Source: Chiloscyllium plagiosum (Eukaryota). From it: 60,853 nt of DNA. The stretch is taken from assembly GCF_004010195.1 (NCBI RefSeq), contig NC_057718.1:99869760-99930612 (forward strand). The letters are read 5' to 3'. Below the pieces are notes generated by a model. That model made no database searches and was not told the DNA's origin. It saw nothing but the letters and a program-made list of their open reading frames with translations. Below are positions 25,932 through 36,825 of this stretch, piece after piece (position 1 is the first letter of the stretch; the number at the start of each line of letters is the position of its first letter). A program made the position numbers and the translations under genes.

Positions 25932-26166
25932 AGGAGAAAGTGAGGACTGCAGATGCTGGAGATCAGAGCTGAAAAATGTGTTGCTGGAAAAGCGCAGCAG
26001 GTCAGGCAGCATCCAAGGAGCAGGAGATTTGACGTTTCGGGCATAAGCCCTTCTTCAGGAATGAGCCCTTCCTCACTCCTGATGAAGGGCTTATGCCCGA
26101 AACGTTGATTCTCCTGCTCCTTGGATGCTGCCTGACGTGCTGCAGTTTTCCAGCCACACATTTTTC
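25932..26166. mobile_element. Palindromic Penelope-derived insertion (family A)
   Basis: TSD GGCATTTTATAACT at 25918-25931 and 26167-26180; inverted arms with CTGA(A/T)GA...GAAACGT on both strands. Confidence 0.85.
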
Positions 26167-26285
26167 GGCATTTTATAACTGTATGGTCCCTCTGGTCATA
26201 TTCCTGAACCATCGCCCCATGGATCAATATTTCATCCATGTGGCTGATGACACAGAATCATCGAGCTGAACAGCACTGAAACAGA

Positions 26286-27052
26286 TTCTGGATTAGTGGT
26301 GCTGGAAGAGCACAGCAGTTCAGGCAGCATCCAAGGAGCAGCGAAATCGACGTTTCGGGCAAAAGCCCTTCATCAGGAATAAAGGCAGTGAGCCTGAAGC
26401 GTGGAGAGATAAGCTAGAGGAGGGTGGGNNNNNNNNNNNNNNNNNNNNNNNNNNNNNNNNNNNNNNNNNNNNNNNNNNNNNNNNNNNNNNNNNNNNNNNN
26501 NNNNNNNNNNNNNNNNNNNNNNNNNNNNNNNNNNNNNNNNNNNNNNNNNNNNNNNNNNNNNNNNNNNNNNNNNNNNNNNNNNNNNNNNNNNNNNNNNNNN
26601 NNNNNNNNNNNNNNNNNNNNNNNNNNNNNNNNTGGTTGATTTGTGCGGGTGTCCCGGAGATGTTCCCTAAAGCTCTCTGCTAGGAGGCGTCCAGTCTCCC
26701 CAATGTAGAGGAGACCGCGTCGGGAGCAACGGATACAATAAATGATATTGGTGGATGTGCAGGTAAAACTTTGATGGATGTGGAAGGCTCCTTTAGGGTC
26801 TTGGATAGAGGTGAGGGAGGAGGTGTGGGCACAGGTTTTACAGTTCCTGCGGTGGCAGGGGAAGGTGCCAGGATGGGAGGGTGGGTTGTAGGAGGCATGG
26901 ATCTGACCAGGTAGTCACAGAGGGAGCGGTCTTTGTGGAAGGTGGAAAGGGGTGGGGAGGGAAATATATCCCTGGTGGTGGGGTCTGTTTGGAGGTGGCG
27001 GAAATGTCGGCGGATGATTTGGTTTATGCGAAGGTTGGTAGGGTGGGAGGTG
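26286..27052 (-). mobile_element. Penelope-like retroelement 3' portion: post-RT linker, GIY-YIG endonuclease and terminal repeat with hammerhead motif (26345-26380)
   Basis: Minus strand INQIIRRHFRHLQTDPTTRDIFPSPPL..., then (frameshifted) PCHRRNCKTC...FTCTSTNIIYCIRCSRRGLLYIGETGR; N gap 26429-26632. Confidence 0.88.
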
Positions 27053-27054
27053 AG

Positions 27055-27505
27055 CACCACGAGCCTTCAGTCCAACTCGTCCATGCCGACCAGATACCCT
27101 AACCTAATCTAGTCCCATTTGCTAGCACTTGGCTCATATCCCTCTAACCCCTTCCGACTCATATACCCATCCAAATGCCTTTTAAATGCTGTAATTGTTT
27201 CACCCTCCACCACCTCCTCTGGCATTTCATTCCATACACATACCACCCTCTGTGTGAAAAAGTTGCCCCTTAGGTCCCTTTTGTATCTTTTCCCTAGCAC
27301 CCTAAACCTATGCCCTCTAGTTCTGGACTCCTCCCCCCCCCCCCCCCACCCTAGGTAAAAGACCTTGTCTATTTACCCTATCCATGCCCCTCATGATTTT
27401 ATAAACCTCTATAAGATCACCCCTCAGCCTCTGACAGTCCAGGGAAAACAGCTCCAGCCTGTTCAGCCTCTCCTTATAGCTCAAACCATCCAACCCTGGC
27501 AACAT
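27055..27505 (-). mobile_element. CR1 (HER1-like) LINE 3' fragment
   Basis: MLPGLDGLSYKERLNRLELFSL...LRGDLIEVYKIMRG. Confidence 0.88.
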
Positions 27506-27509
27506 AGTC

Positions 27510-27838
27510 GTGGTCTGGTGGCTCAGTGGTTGGCACTGTTGCCTCACAGTGCCAGGGACCCGGGTTCAATTCCTGCCTCGGGTGACTGTCTGTGTGGAGT
27601 TTGCACGTTCTCCCTGTGTCTGTGTGGGTTTCCTCCCACAGTCCAAAGATGTGCAGGTTAGGGTGATTTGGCCATGTTAAATTGCCCATAATGTTCAGGG
27701 TTGTGTAGGTTAGGAGCGTTAGTCAGGGGTAAATGTCGAGTAAGAGGGTTGGGGAATGGGTCTGGGTGGGATACTTTTCAGAGGGTTGGTATGGACCTGT
27801 TGGGCCAAATGGCCTGTTTCCACACTGTAGGGATTCTT
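27510..27838 (+). mobile_element. HE1-like V-SINE
   Basis: A/B boxes, V-domain, tail. Confidence 0.85.
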
Positions 27839-28214
27839 AAAACACAACATCATTTTTGAACCCTTTCAAGTTTCACTAAATCCTTCCTGTAGCAGGGAGA
27901 CCAGGATTGCACACATAGCTCAAACCCCCAACTACCAAACACCTTCTTCACTATCCTATCTACCTGTGACTCCACTTTCAAGAAACCGTGAACCTGCACT
28001 CCAAAATGTCTTTGTTTGGCAACACTGACACCTTATTACTCTTGTAAAATATTGGATGTAGCCTGTTGAAAAGTCACTGGAGCTGAGGTGACTCTGATGA
28101 AGTCATATCTCCCAAATGGAGAAAGAACAATGAAGTAAACAATCTTCAATGCTCACCCAGAGAAACTTGCCAGAACTCACTCACTGTTTGGTGAATTTAG
28201 GATTTCTCAATGAT

Positions 28215-28640
28215 TCTTCATGCAATCTGAATAGCTGTGTCAAAAGCAAAATCTTCTTTGTACCTTGATAAGTCTGACAAAGGCTCATCAGTAATTCCAA
28301 TAACATTTTTGTTGCTTATGAATTCTGACTTTGTAGTCACAGTTTTCCACAAATCTGTACAGATCATTATCAGCTAATCGATGGATATCACTGGATGTTG
28401 TTGAATCTTGCTCTTTCAAGAATTATATTCGTCCTCCGGTTAAAAGAATTGGCAAAAACTTATAAAATTTCATTACAGTATCTGTGCCACTTTCTAGGCC
28501 TTGACAAACTATAATATCATCAACTGTTGGGGCTATTGAGCATAATAGCTTATTTATTTATTCACCTTCTGATATATTGTGTAGCTTGAAAATTATTTTG
28601 TATCTTAAGAACTGTTTTCTTCAAGATGTCCAATATTTGA
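28215..28640 (-). pseudogene. Decayed Ty3/Gypsy gag fragment
   Basis: Manual minus-strand translation across stops and frameshifts: RKQFLRYKI...INKLLCSIAPTVDDII...NIILERARFNN...NDLYRFVENCDY...SEFISNKNVIGITDEPLSDL...FAFDTAIQIA. Confidence 0.7.
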
Positions 28641-28769
28641 CACTTCCTTGTTATTAAGTCTGCCAGGCGTTATTGTTTTTCCTGCTATTTCTGCTTGATG
28701 GTTTTTTTTCTTCTAATTTTAAAGTTCTTTTAAAATTTCTACAGTATTTTGTTTTTTAGATTATTTTTT

Positions 28770-29062
28770 TAGATTATATTACAGTGTGGAAACAGGCCCT
28801 TCGGCCCAACAAGTCAACACCGACCCGCCGAAGCACAACACACCCATACCCCTAACCTAACACTACGGGCAATTTAGTATGGCCAATTCACCTGACCTGC
28901 ACATCTTCGTGACTGTGGGAGGAAACCGGAGCACCCGGAGGAAACCCACGCAGACACGGGGAGAATGTGCAAACTCCACACAGTCAGTCGCCTGAGTCGG
29001 GAATTGAACCCGGGCCTCTGGCACTGTGAGGCAGCAGTGCTAACCACTGTGCCACCGTGCCG
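28770..29062 (-). mobile_element. HE1-like V-SINE, young full-length copy
   Basis: CpG-retaining copy with (TTAGA) tail. Confidence 0.9.
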
Positions 29063-29789
29063 GCCGTTTTAGTCCCTTTATCATGTAGATTCGTACTTTT
29101 TAAAACATTCATTCATGGTGTGTGGCTACCAATGGCTGGGCCAGCATTTATTGCCTATGTGTAATTATAGAAGGTGGGGGTGAGCTGCCTTCTTGACTCA
29201 CTGCAGTCCATGTGCTGTAGGTAGAGCCACAATGACATTAGAGAAGAAGTTCTAGCGTTTTGACCCACTGACACTGTGTTCCGACATCAGGATGGGGAGT
29301 GTCTTGCAGGGAAACTTGTTGATTGGTAGTGTTACCATGCTGCTCACCCTCCGAGATGGGGCAGGTTGCAGGTTTGGAAGGTGTTGTTGAAGGAACCTTG
29401 ATGAATTTCGGCAGTGCATCTTGTAGTGATGCACACTGCTACTGCATGTTGGTGATGGAGGGAGTGAAGGTACGTGGGTGCATTGCCAATCAAGTGAGGT
29501 GCTTTATCCTGGATGGTAGGTGTAAGTGAAGACTGGAGATGCTGGAGAACAGAGTCAAGATTAGGGTGCACTCATATCCTAGAGGGTGTCAGGCTTCTTG
29601 AGTGTTGTTCGAGCTGCACCCATCCAGGCAAATGAGGAGTAGTCTGTCACACTCTTTGATCTGTGCCTTGCAAGATCATAATGCCATAAGATATAGGAGC
29701 AGAAGTGGTCATTCAGCCCATCAAGCCTGTCCTGGCACTCATTGAATCCTTGGCTGTTTTGCTAATCTTCAACTCAAATTTCCTGTTTG

Positions 29790-30280
29790 ATGTGATTGAT
29801 TGATTGTCACGCGTACCGAAGTGCAGTGAAAAACTTTATTTACAAGCAGTACAGGCAGATCATAGTAAGTAAGGATATATAGATCCAAAAGACTTAGACA
29901 GAGGTATACAGGTTACATTGCACAGGGCGTGCACTAGGAGAGATCAGTGTTGGCAAGATCAGCATTATTTGAGGCTAAAGAGTCCATTCATTAGTCTAGA
30001 AATGACAGGGAAGAAGTTGTTTCTGAACCTGTTGGTGTGTGTGTGTTCAGGCTTTTGTATCTTCTGCCTGATGGAAGAGGTTGTAAGAGAGCGTGACTGG
30101 GGTGCGATGGGTCTTTGATGATGTTGGCAGCTTTTCCATGGCAGCGGGCTATGTAAATGGAGTCCATGGATGGGAGGTTGGCTCCTGTGATGGTCTGGAC
30201 TGTGCACACCACCCTCTGTAGTTTCTTTTGGTCCTGAGTAGAACAGTCGTGATACCAGGCCATAATGCGCCCACACTGTA
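29790..30280 (-). mobile_element. Rex1/Babar-type LINE 3' end
   Basis: QDQKKLQRVV..VQTITGANLPSMDSIY..RCHGKAANIIKDPSHPSHALLQPLPSGRRYKSL C-terminal motif. Confidence 0.75.
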
Positions 30281-30284
30281 TGAC

Positions 30285-30632
30285 CATAAGAATATAAGAA
30301 GCAGGAGCAGAAATTAGGCCATTCAGCCCATCGAGTCTGCTCTGTCATTCAGTCATGGCTGATAAGTTTCTCAACCCCATTCTCCCACTTTCTCCCCATA
30401 GCCCTTGATCCCCTTGATACACAAGAGCCTATTTATCTCTGTCTTAAATATACTCAATGACCTAGTCTCCACAGCCTTCTGTGGCAATGAGTTCCATACA
30501 TTCCCCACTCTCTGGCTGAAGAAGTTTTTCCTTATCTCCGTTATAAAAGGTCTTCCCTTTACTCTGATGCTGTGCCCTCGGGTCCTGGTCTCTCCTACCG
30601 ATGGAAACATCTTTCCAACATCCACTCTGTCC
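30285..30632 (-). mobile_element. CR1 LINE 3' fragment (second subfamily)
   Basis: DRVDVGKMFP...KNFFSQRVGNVWNSLPQKAVE. Confidence 0.85.
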
Positions 30633-31219
30633 ATGTTTTTCCCTCAAACCCTTGATTTCCCTGCTGATTAAAAATCTGTCTATTTTGACCTTGAATATAT
30701 TTAACTTGTTGGCCTGCTGTTATAGCCGCTATATTTATTTGGCTCCATCCAGTGATGGGCAACTCAGTGTGAAACGTCTCGGACCCAATCACGGAAGAGG
30801 CTTTCACCCTCGAGACTTCACCAACCCTCAAGTTATCACGTGTGTCACCAGGGAGAGGGGTGGTGGGCACACTATCAGCAGTCTCAATCTCACCTTCCAT
30901 CGTAACCCAGGCCAAACTGCCTTGCTCAGATTGGGCCCTTTTTCAAAATTCTTTCACGGGACAGGGGTGTTGCTGCCAATGTCAACTTTTACTGACCATC
31001 CCTTTAACAGCCTTTAAGAGTCAGCCATGTTGCCGTGGACTTGGGGCCACATGTAGGCCAGACCTGGTGAGGACGGCTATTTCCTTCATGAGTGAAGCCA
31101 TTGAGGTTTTTAGTAATCAGTAATCGCCATGGTTACCCGCACTGAGACTTGTGGTCACCATTACTAGTGGCTACCTTTAATTACAGGTTTTGTTTTGGAT
31201 TAATTAATTGACTTTATTA

Positions 31220-31379
31220 CAGAGGAACCTCAACTTTCCAGCATTCGATTCACCGAATTTCGGATTATCTGGAGAAGTTCGCAAGGTCCCGATGCTTGGC
31301 TAAACTGTGTTATCCGGCATTCGATTATCCGAACAAAACACTCCCCACCTGTGTCATTCGGATCATCGAGGTTCCTCTG
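31220..31379. mobile_element. Tc1/mariner (Tigger/pogo-like) MITE, 160 bp
   Basis: TIRs CAGAGGAACCTC / GAGGTTCCTCTG flanked by a TA TSD on both sides. Confidence 0.85.
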
Positions 31380-32494
31380 TAATGGGATTCCGATTCCAGC
31401 AGTGTTGGGATTCGATATCAGGACTTTTGTCCAAGCTTCAGGCTTTGCCATCCCAATAACCTTCCTGCAGTATCGGTATTGCCCCCGGGGCTTCAGGAGA
31501 CAGATTGGAGCCACCTCCTGGAGGACTGATTGCAATAGTGAGCTCAGAGTCCACACTGGAGTCCCGAGACTCACTGAAGAAACAGACTCTCGTTTCCCTC
31601 TTCTCAGGTGCTACCTGACCTACTGAGAATCTCCAGCTTTCTCCGTTCTTTTTTTTGATAATTTCAATTTCCGGCATTCAGCTATGGCTTTGAAGCTACC
31701 GGCATCTCTACAAGGAGGCCATTCAGCCCGTCGAACCTGTTCTGGCACTCATGGTGCGATCGTGGTGGATTGTGGGCCAACTCCATTTACCCATCTCCCC
31801 CTCGTGCCCAATGTCCACCCTTTACCTAACTGAAACAAAAGAGCTACTCGACCATTCTCCCTCAAGTTACGACAAAAGAAATAACGGAAGTAAGCTTTTT
31901 TTTGGGTGCATTGTCTATTTGAAACAAAGCTGTCAGGACGTTTCTTCAACACTATCAGGTTGTGCAAAGAAACCTTGCCTTTAATTAGACGAAGACTACT
32001 TGAAGAGTTGATAGCTCACAGTTAAATGGCTGGCAGCCAATTCCTCTGATTACTTTTCACTCACAGTTGAATCCAAGTCTTTTCAGCTTGGTTTGTAATA
32101 GGATGTTATAAATGGAAATATGAAAAAAAAAACACTGAGCTCCCATGTACCGTGAACTGTCTTGGTGCACGACTCTGCAAAAACTGCCCCAACAACGCAG
32201 AAATGTGTTAGGTTATAAATATTACATGTGTCTGGGCCATCACATGCAACTTCACTAACCTCAAGGGGACTGAGTCCATCTGTGGAAGCTGAAACTACGT
32301 GACACTGAATAGATGGCACTCTCACCCAGACCATATGTTGCATCAGGGAATGAGAAGCAGGCCATTCAGCCCAGCTAGACTGTATTGGCATTCATGCTGC
32401 ACTTGAGTCTCCTCCGATTTCACCTATTCCAAAGCTGAAGTAACAATTCAACGGGCTCCGAAAATCCAAAATAAAACTGGAACTGCAGCTGGAG

Positions 32495-32880
32495 AGAGCA
32501 TGGAAACCGACCCTTCAGCCCAACCAGTCCATGCTGACCATAATCCCAAACTAAACTAGTGCTACCTGCTGGCTCCTGGCCCATATCCCTCCAAAGCTTC
32601 TCTATCCATGTACTTGTCCAAATGTCTTTTAAAAGTTGTAATTGAATCCACCACTTCCTCTGGAAGTTCATTCCACACACAAACCACTCTCTGTATAAAA
32701 ACGTTGCCCCTGACGTCTTTTTTAAATCTCTCTCATCTCACTTTAAAAATGTGCCCCCTACTCTTGAAACCCCCCACCCTAGGGAAAAGGTATCTGCCAT
32801 TCACCTTATCTAAACCCCTCATGATTTTGTAAACCTCTGTAAGGCCACCCCCGAACCTCCTACTCTCCAGTGAATAAAGG
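32495..32880 (-). mobile_element. CR1 LINE 3' fragment
   Basis: Conserved CR1 tail and WNELPEEVV-like motif on the minus strand. Confidence 0.8.
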
Positions 32881-33237
32881 TTCCAACATGAATCTGTAGT
32901 TTTGGTCTCCTTATCTGAGGAAGGATGGTCTGACTACAGAGAGTGTGCATCGTAGGTTTCACCAAATTGATTCCTGGGACAGCAGAACTGATATATGAGG
33001 AGTGATTGAGTTGGTTAGGATTGTATTCGCTGGAGTTTAGAAAAATGAGAGGGGTATTTCACAGAAACCCATAACATGCCGACAGGATTGGATCACTTTG
33101 ATTCAGAAAGGATGTTCCCAATGGTGAGGGAGCCCTGAACCAGAGGTCATAGTTTAAGGATAAAGGGGTAAACCATTTACGACTGAGATGGGGAGAAATT
33201 TCTTCACTCAGAGAGCGGGGAGTCTGTGGAATTCACT

Positions 33238-33363
33238 CGGAGAGAGTGAGGACTGCGGACGCTGGAGATCAGAGAGAAAAGGTGTGGTGCTGGAAAAGCA
33301 CAGCAGGTCAGGCAGCATCCGAGGAGCAGGAGAATCGATGTTTCGGGCACAAGCCCTTCGCCA
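33238..33363 (-). mobile_element. Penelope terminal fragment (family A) inserted in a CR1 fragment (32890-33560, +)
   Basis: TSD GGAATTCACT at 33228-33237 and 33364-33373. Confidence 0.78.
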
Positions 33364-34039
33364 GGAATTCACTACCAGAGAAAATGGTTGAGGCCAAAAC
33401 ATTGTGTTTTCAAGAGGGAGGTAGATATAGCTCTTGTGACTACAGGGTTCGCTGGGGGGGGGGAAGCAGTTAAGTTATTGAGCTTGGTAGTCAGCCATGA
33501 TTATACTGAATAGTGGAGCAGGTTGTAGTTAGGCTCCTGTTCCTCTATGTTTCAGAGCTGAACTGGAAACTCTACAGCTTTTATATTTTGTGTCATGTCT
33601 TATTACCATTATCACTCCCTTTGCCTTTCGTTAGGGGGTACTTGTGTAGCCTTCCTCCCCCTCTAACCTCCCCTTCTGCTGCTCTTGTCTCTCTCACCCT
33701 TCTTCATGAAGCCATTATATTTCCATCTCTCTCCATTTGGACTTGAGCCATTCCTCTCTCCCATGGTGTTGCTGAGATTCTGCAGCAACCTTTGGGTCTA
33801 CCTCAGCCCTTCACCATTCCCCCCTTCTCTCGCAGACTTGCCTAATTTCCTTCTGAAAGCTCTGACGTTACCGCAGTCACTTCCTGTAGTAGCAAGTTCC
33901 ACAGTCTAGTGAATGCCGTGTGGAGGAATTTCCTGATTAATTTTCGACGAATGTTTAGCAAGTAAGACGTTCCTCAAGTGCAAACCCTTTAATTGAAGTG
34001 GGTATCAGGAGGTGATGGGAAAGCGGACAGAGAATTCAT

Positions 34040-36825
34040 AGAATCTCTACAGTGTGAGAGCAGGCCTTTCGGTCCATCTGACCCTCCCACACTATCCCTA
34101 TAAAACGTACCTTTCCAGTGGCTGATCCACCAACCCTACACATCCGTGGACACTGGGGGGACAATTTAGCCTGGCCAATCCACCCTCAGCTGCACATCTT
34201 TGGACTGTGGGAGGGAACCAGAGCACCCACGGTAAACCCGCACAGACCCAGGGTGGAATCGAACCCAGGTCCCTGGCGCTGTGAGGCAGTAGTGCTAACC
34301 ACTGAGCCACCGCGCCGTCAGCCATTTCAAAGTGATAACACTGAGAAACTGAAGGCCTCCCAGAAGGGAAGCCAGTGACCCGGCCATGAAATTCAGAGAT
34401 GTTTCAGTCTTAATTTTAGCGAAGGCTTTGTTTTAGGAAAACAACACGGGATAAAGACTGAGAAGCTTTAACAGATGAGGAACATTTGAGAACTCTGGGT
34501 TTACACGCGATGGGGTTTCGAAGGATGACGGGGGATCTAATTGAAACTTACAGAATACTGAATGGTGTGGACAGAGTGGATGTTGGGAAGATGTTTCCAT
34601 TGGTAGGAGAGACTAGTACCCAAGGAAAAAGCATTAGAATAAAGGGAACACCTTTGAGAACGGAGATAAGGAGAAACTTCTTCAGCCAGAGAGTGGTGAA
34701 TCTGTGGAATTCACTGCCACAGGAGGCTGTGGAGGCCAGGTCATTGAGTATATTTAAGACAGAGATAGATAGATTCTTGAATATCAAGGGAATCAAGGTT
34801 TATGGGGACAAAGTGGGAGAGTGGGGTTGAGAAACGTATCAGCCATAATTGAATAGCAGAGCAGATTTGATGGGCTGAATGGCCTAATTTCAGCTCCTAT
34901 GTCTTATGGTAATCTTGCGCACCTCTATCAGGCTCCTCCCCCTTTGTATTTACCCAATCCATGCCCCTCATGATTTTATAAACCTCTATAAGGTCACCCC
35001 TCAGCCTCCAACACTGCAGGGAAACCAATTTATTCAGCCTGTCTCTATTGCTCAAACCCTCCAACCCTGGAGAGTAAGTTGTGAAGAGGGCATAGAGTCT
35101 GCAGAAGGATATAGGTCGGCCAAATGAATGGGCAAAATTGTGAACCATATAAGGGGACTTGGTAGGGTGAACGCTGAGAGGATGGTTCACCTTGGACTAG
35201 TGACTGGAACTAAATGATCCTGTTTCAAACTAAAGGGTCTCCTGTTTAAGATGGAGGGAGGAGGAATTCTGTCACTAGGCTGCATGGGTCTTTGTAACTC
35301 TGTCCTTCAGAGAGCAGTGGAGGCAGGCCAGTTGAATATATTTAATGCTGCGTTGACTAACAAGGGGATGAAAGGTTATAGGGTGAAAGGTTATAGGGTG
35401 TGAGTGGGAAAAGTTGACTAAACGTTCACCATTCAGGTCAGCCATGATCACTACAGAACGGTGGAGCTGACTTGAAGGGCTGAATGGCCTCTTCTTGCTT
35501 CCAATTCATACCTTCCTGTGTTGGTATGAAACAAATTGGATTCCAAGGGTCCCTCCTGACCTGCCTGCAACCATGCTATTCTGGTTCATGATGCCAGACG
35601 TTTCATTTATTCTTCCATGGGTTGTGTGCCTCGGATGACTGGGGCTAGCGTTTATTGCCTGTCCCAAGCTGCTCTTGAGAAGATGGTAATGAACCACCTT
35701 TTTCAGTCATGGCCATCCATGTTCTGTAGGTACATTCTGTCAGAATACTTGCTCAGCGACAGTGAAGGAATGGTGCAATATTTCCAAGTCAGGATGGTAA
35801 GTATCTCAGAGGGAAACTTGCAAGGGATGGTGTTCATATGGATCTGTAACTCTTGTCCTTCGAGATGAAAGTGGTTATGAGTTTCGAAGATGCTGTCTAA
35901 GGAGCCTCGGTAAGTTTTTGCAGTATGACATGGTGGCTCAGTGGTTAGCACCACTGCCTCACAGCGTGAACCTGGGTTCAATTCTAACCTCGGGCGACTG
36001 TCTGGGTGGAGTTTGCACATTCTCCCCGTGTCTGGGTGGGGATCCCCTTGATAATTCAGACCCTATCTATCTTTGTCTTAAATATGCTCAATGACTTGGC
36101 CTCCACAGCCTTATGTGGCAATGAATTCCATAGATTCCCCACTCTCTGGCTGAAGAAGCTTTTCCTTATCTCCATTCAAAAAGGTCTTCCCTTTACTCTA
36201 AGGCTGTGCTCTCAGGTCCCAATCTCTCCCACCAATGAAAACATCTTCCCAACATCCATTCTGTCCAGGCCATTCAGTATTCTGTAAGCTTCATTCTTCT
36301 GAACCCCATCAAGTATAAACCCAGAGTCCTCATACGTTAAGCTTCTCATTCTTTATCCCGTATTATTTTCATAAAACAAAACCTTCGCTAAAGTTAAGAC
36401 TGAAACATCTCTGAATTTCATGGCCGGGTCACTGGCTTCCCTGCCTGGGATCTATAGCTTCTCAGTGTTATTCACTTTGAAATGGCTGACAACACGGTGG
36501 CTCAGTAGTAGCACTGCTGCCTCATGGCGCCAGGGACCTGGGTTCGATTCCACCCTGGGTCTATGTCACGTTTGCACGTTCTCCCTGTGTCTGAGTCAGT
36601 TTGCTCCTGGTGCTCTGGTTTCCTGCCACAGTCCAAAGATGTGCAGTTTAGGTGGATTGGCCGTGCTAAATGGCCCGTAGCATCCAAGGTTGTGCAGGCT
36701 AGGCGGATCGTGTATGGAAATTACAGGGACAGGGTAGAGGTATGAGCCTGGGAGGGATGTTCTTCGGAGAGTCAGTGTGGACTTGTTGGGCCGAATGACC
36801 TGTTTCCACACTGTAAGGGTTCTAT
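34040..36825. repeat. Older inverted duplication: arms ~34040-34795 and ~36040-36825 (SINE + unique DNA + CR1 fragment)
   Basis: Unique segment 34317-34472 is the reverse complement of 36336-36491; identical SINE and LINE junctions in both arms. Confidence 0.88.

Noticed and set aside
25397..26239. Recurrent peptides such as CCWKSAAGQAAS...PEEGLMPETS (also at 33246, 54402)
   Set aside because: Translations of the non-coding palindromic Penelope terminal repeat
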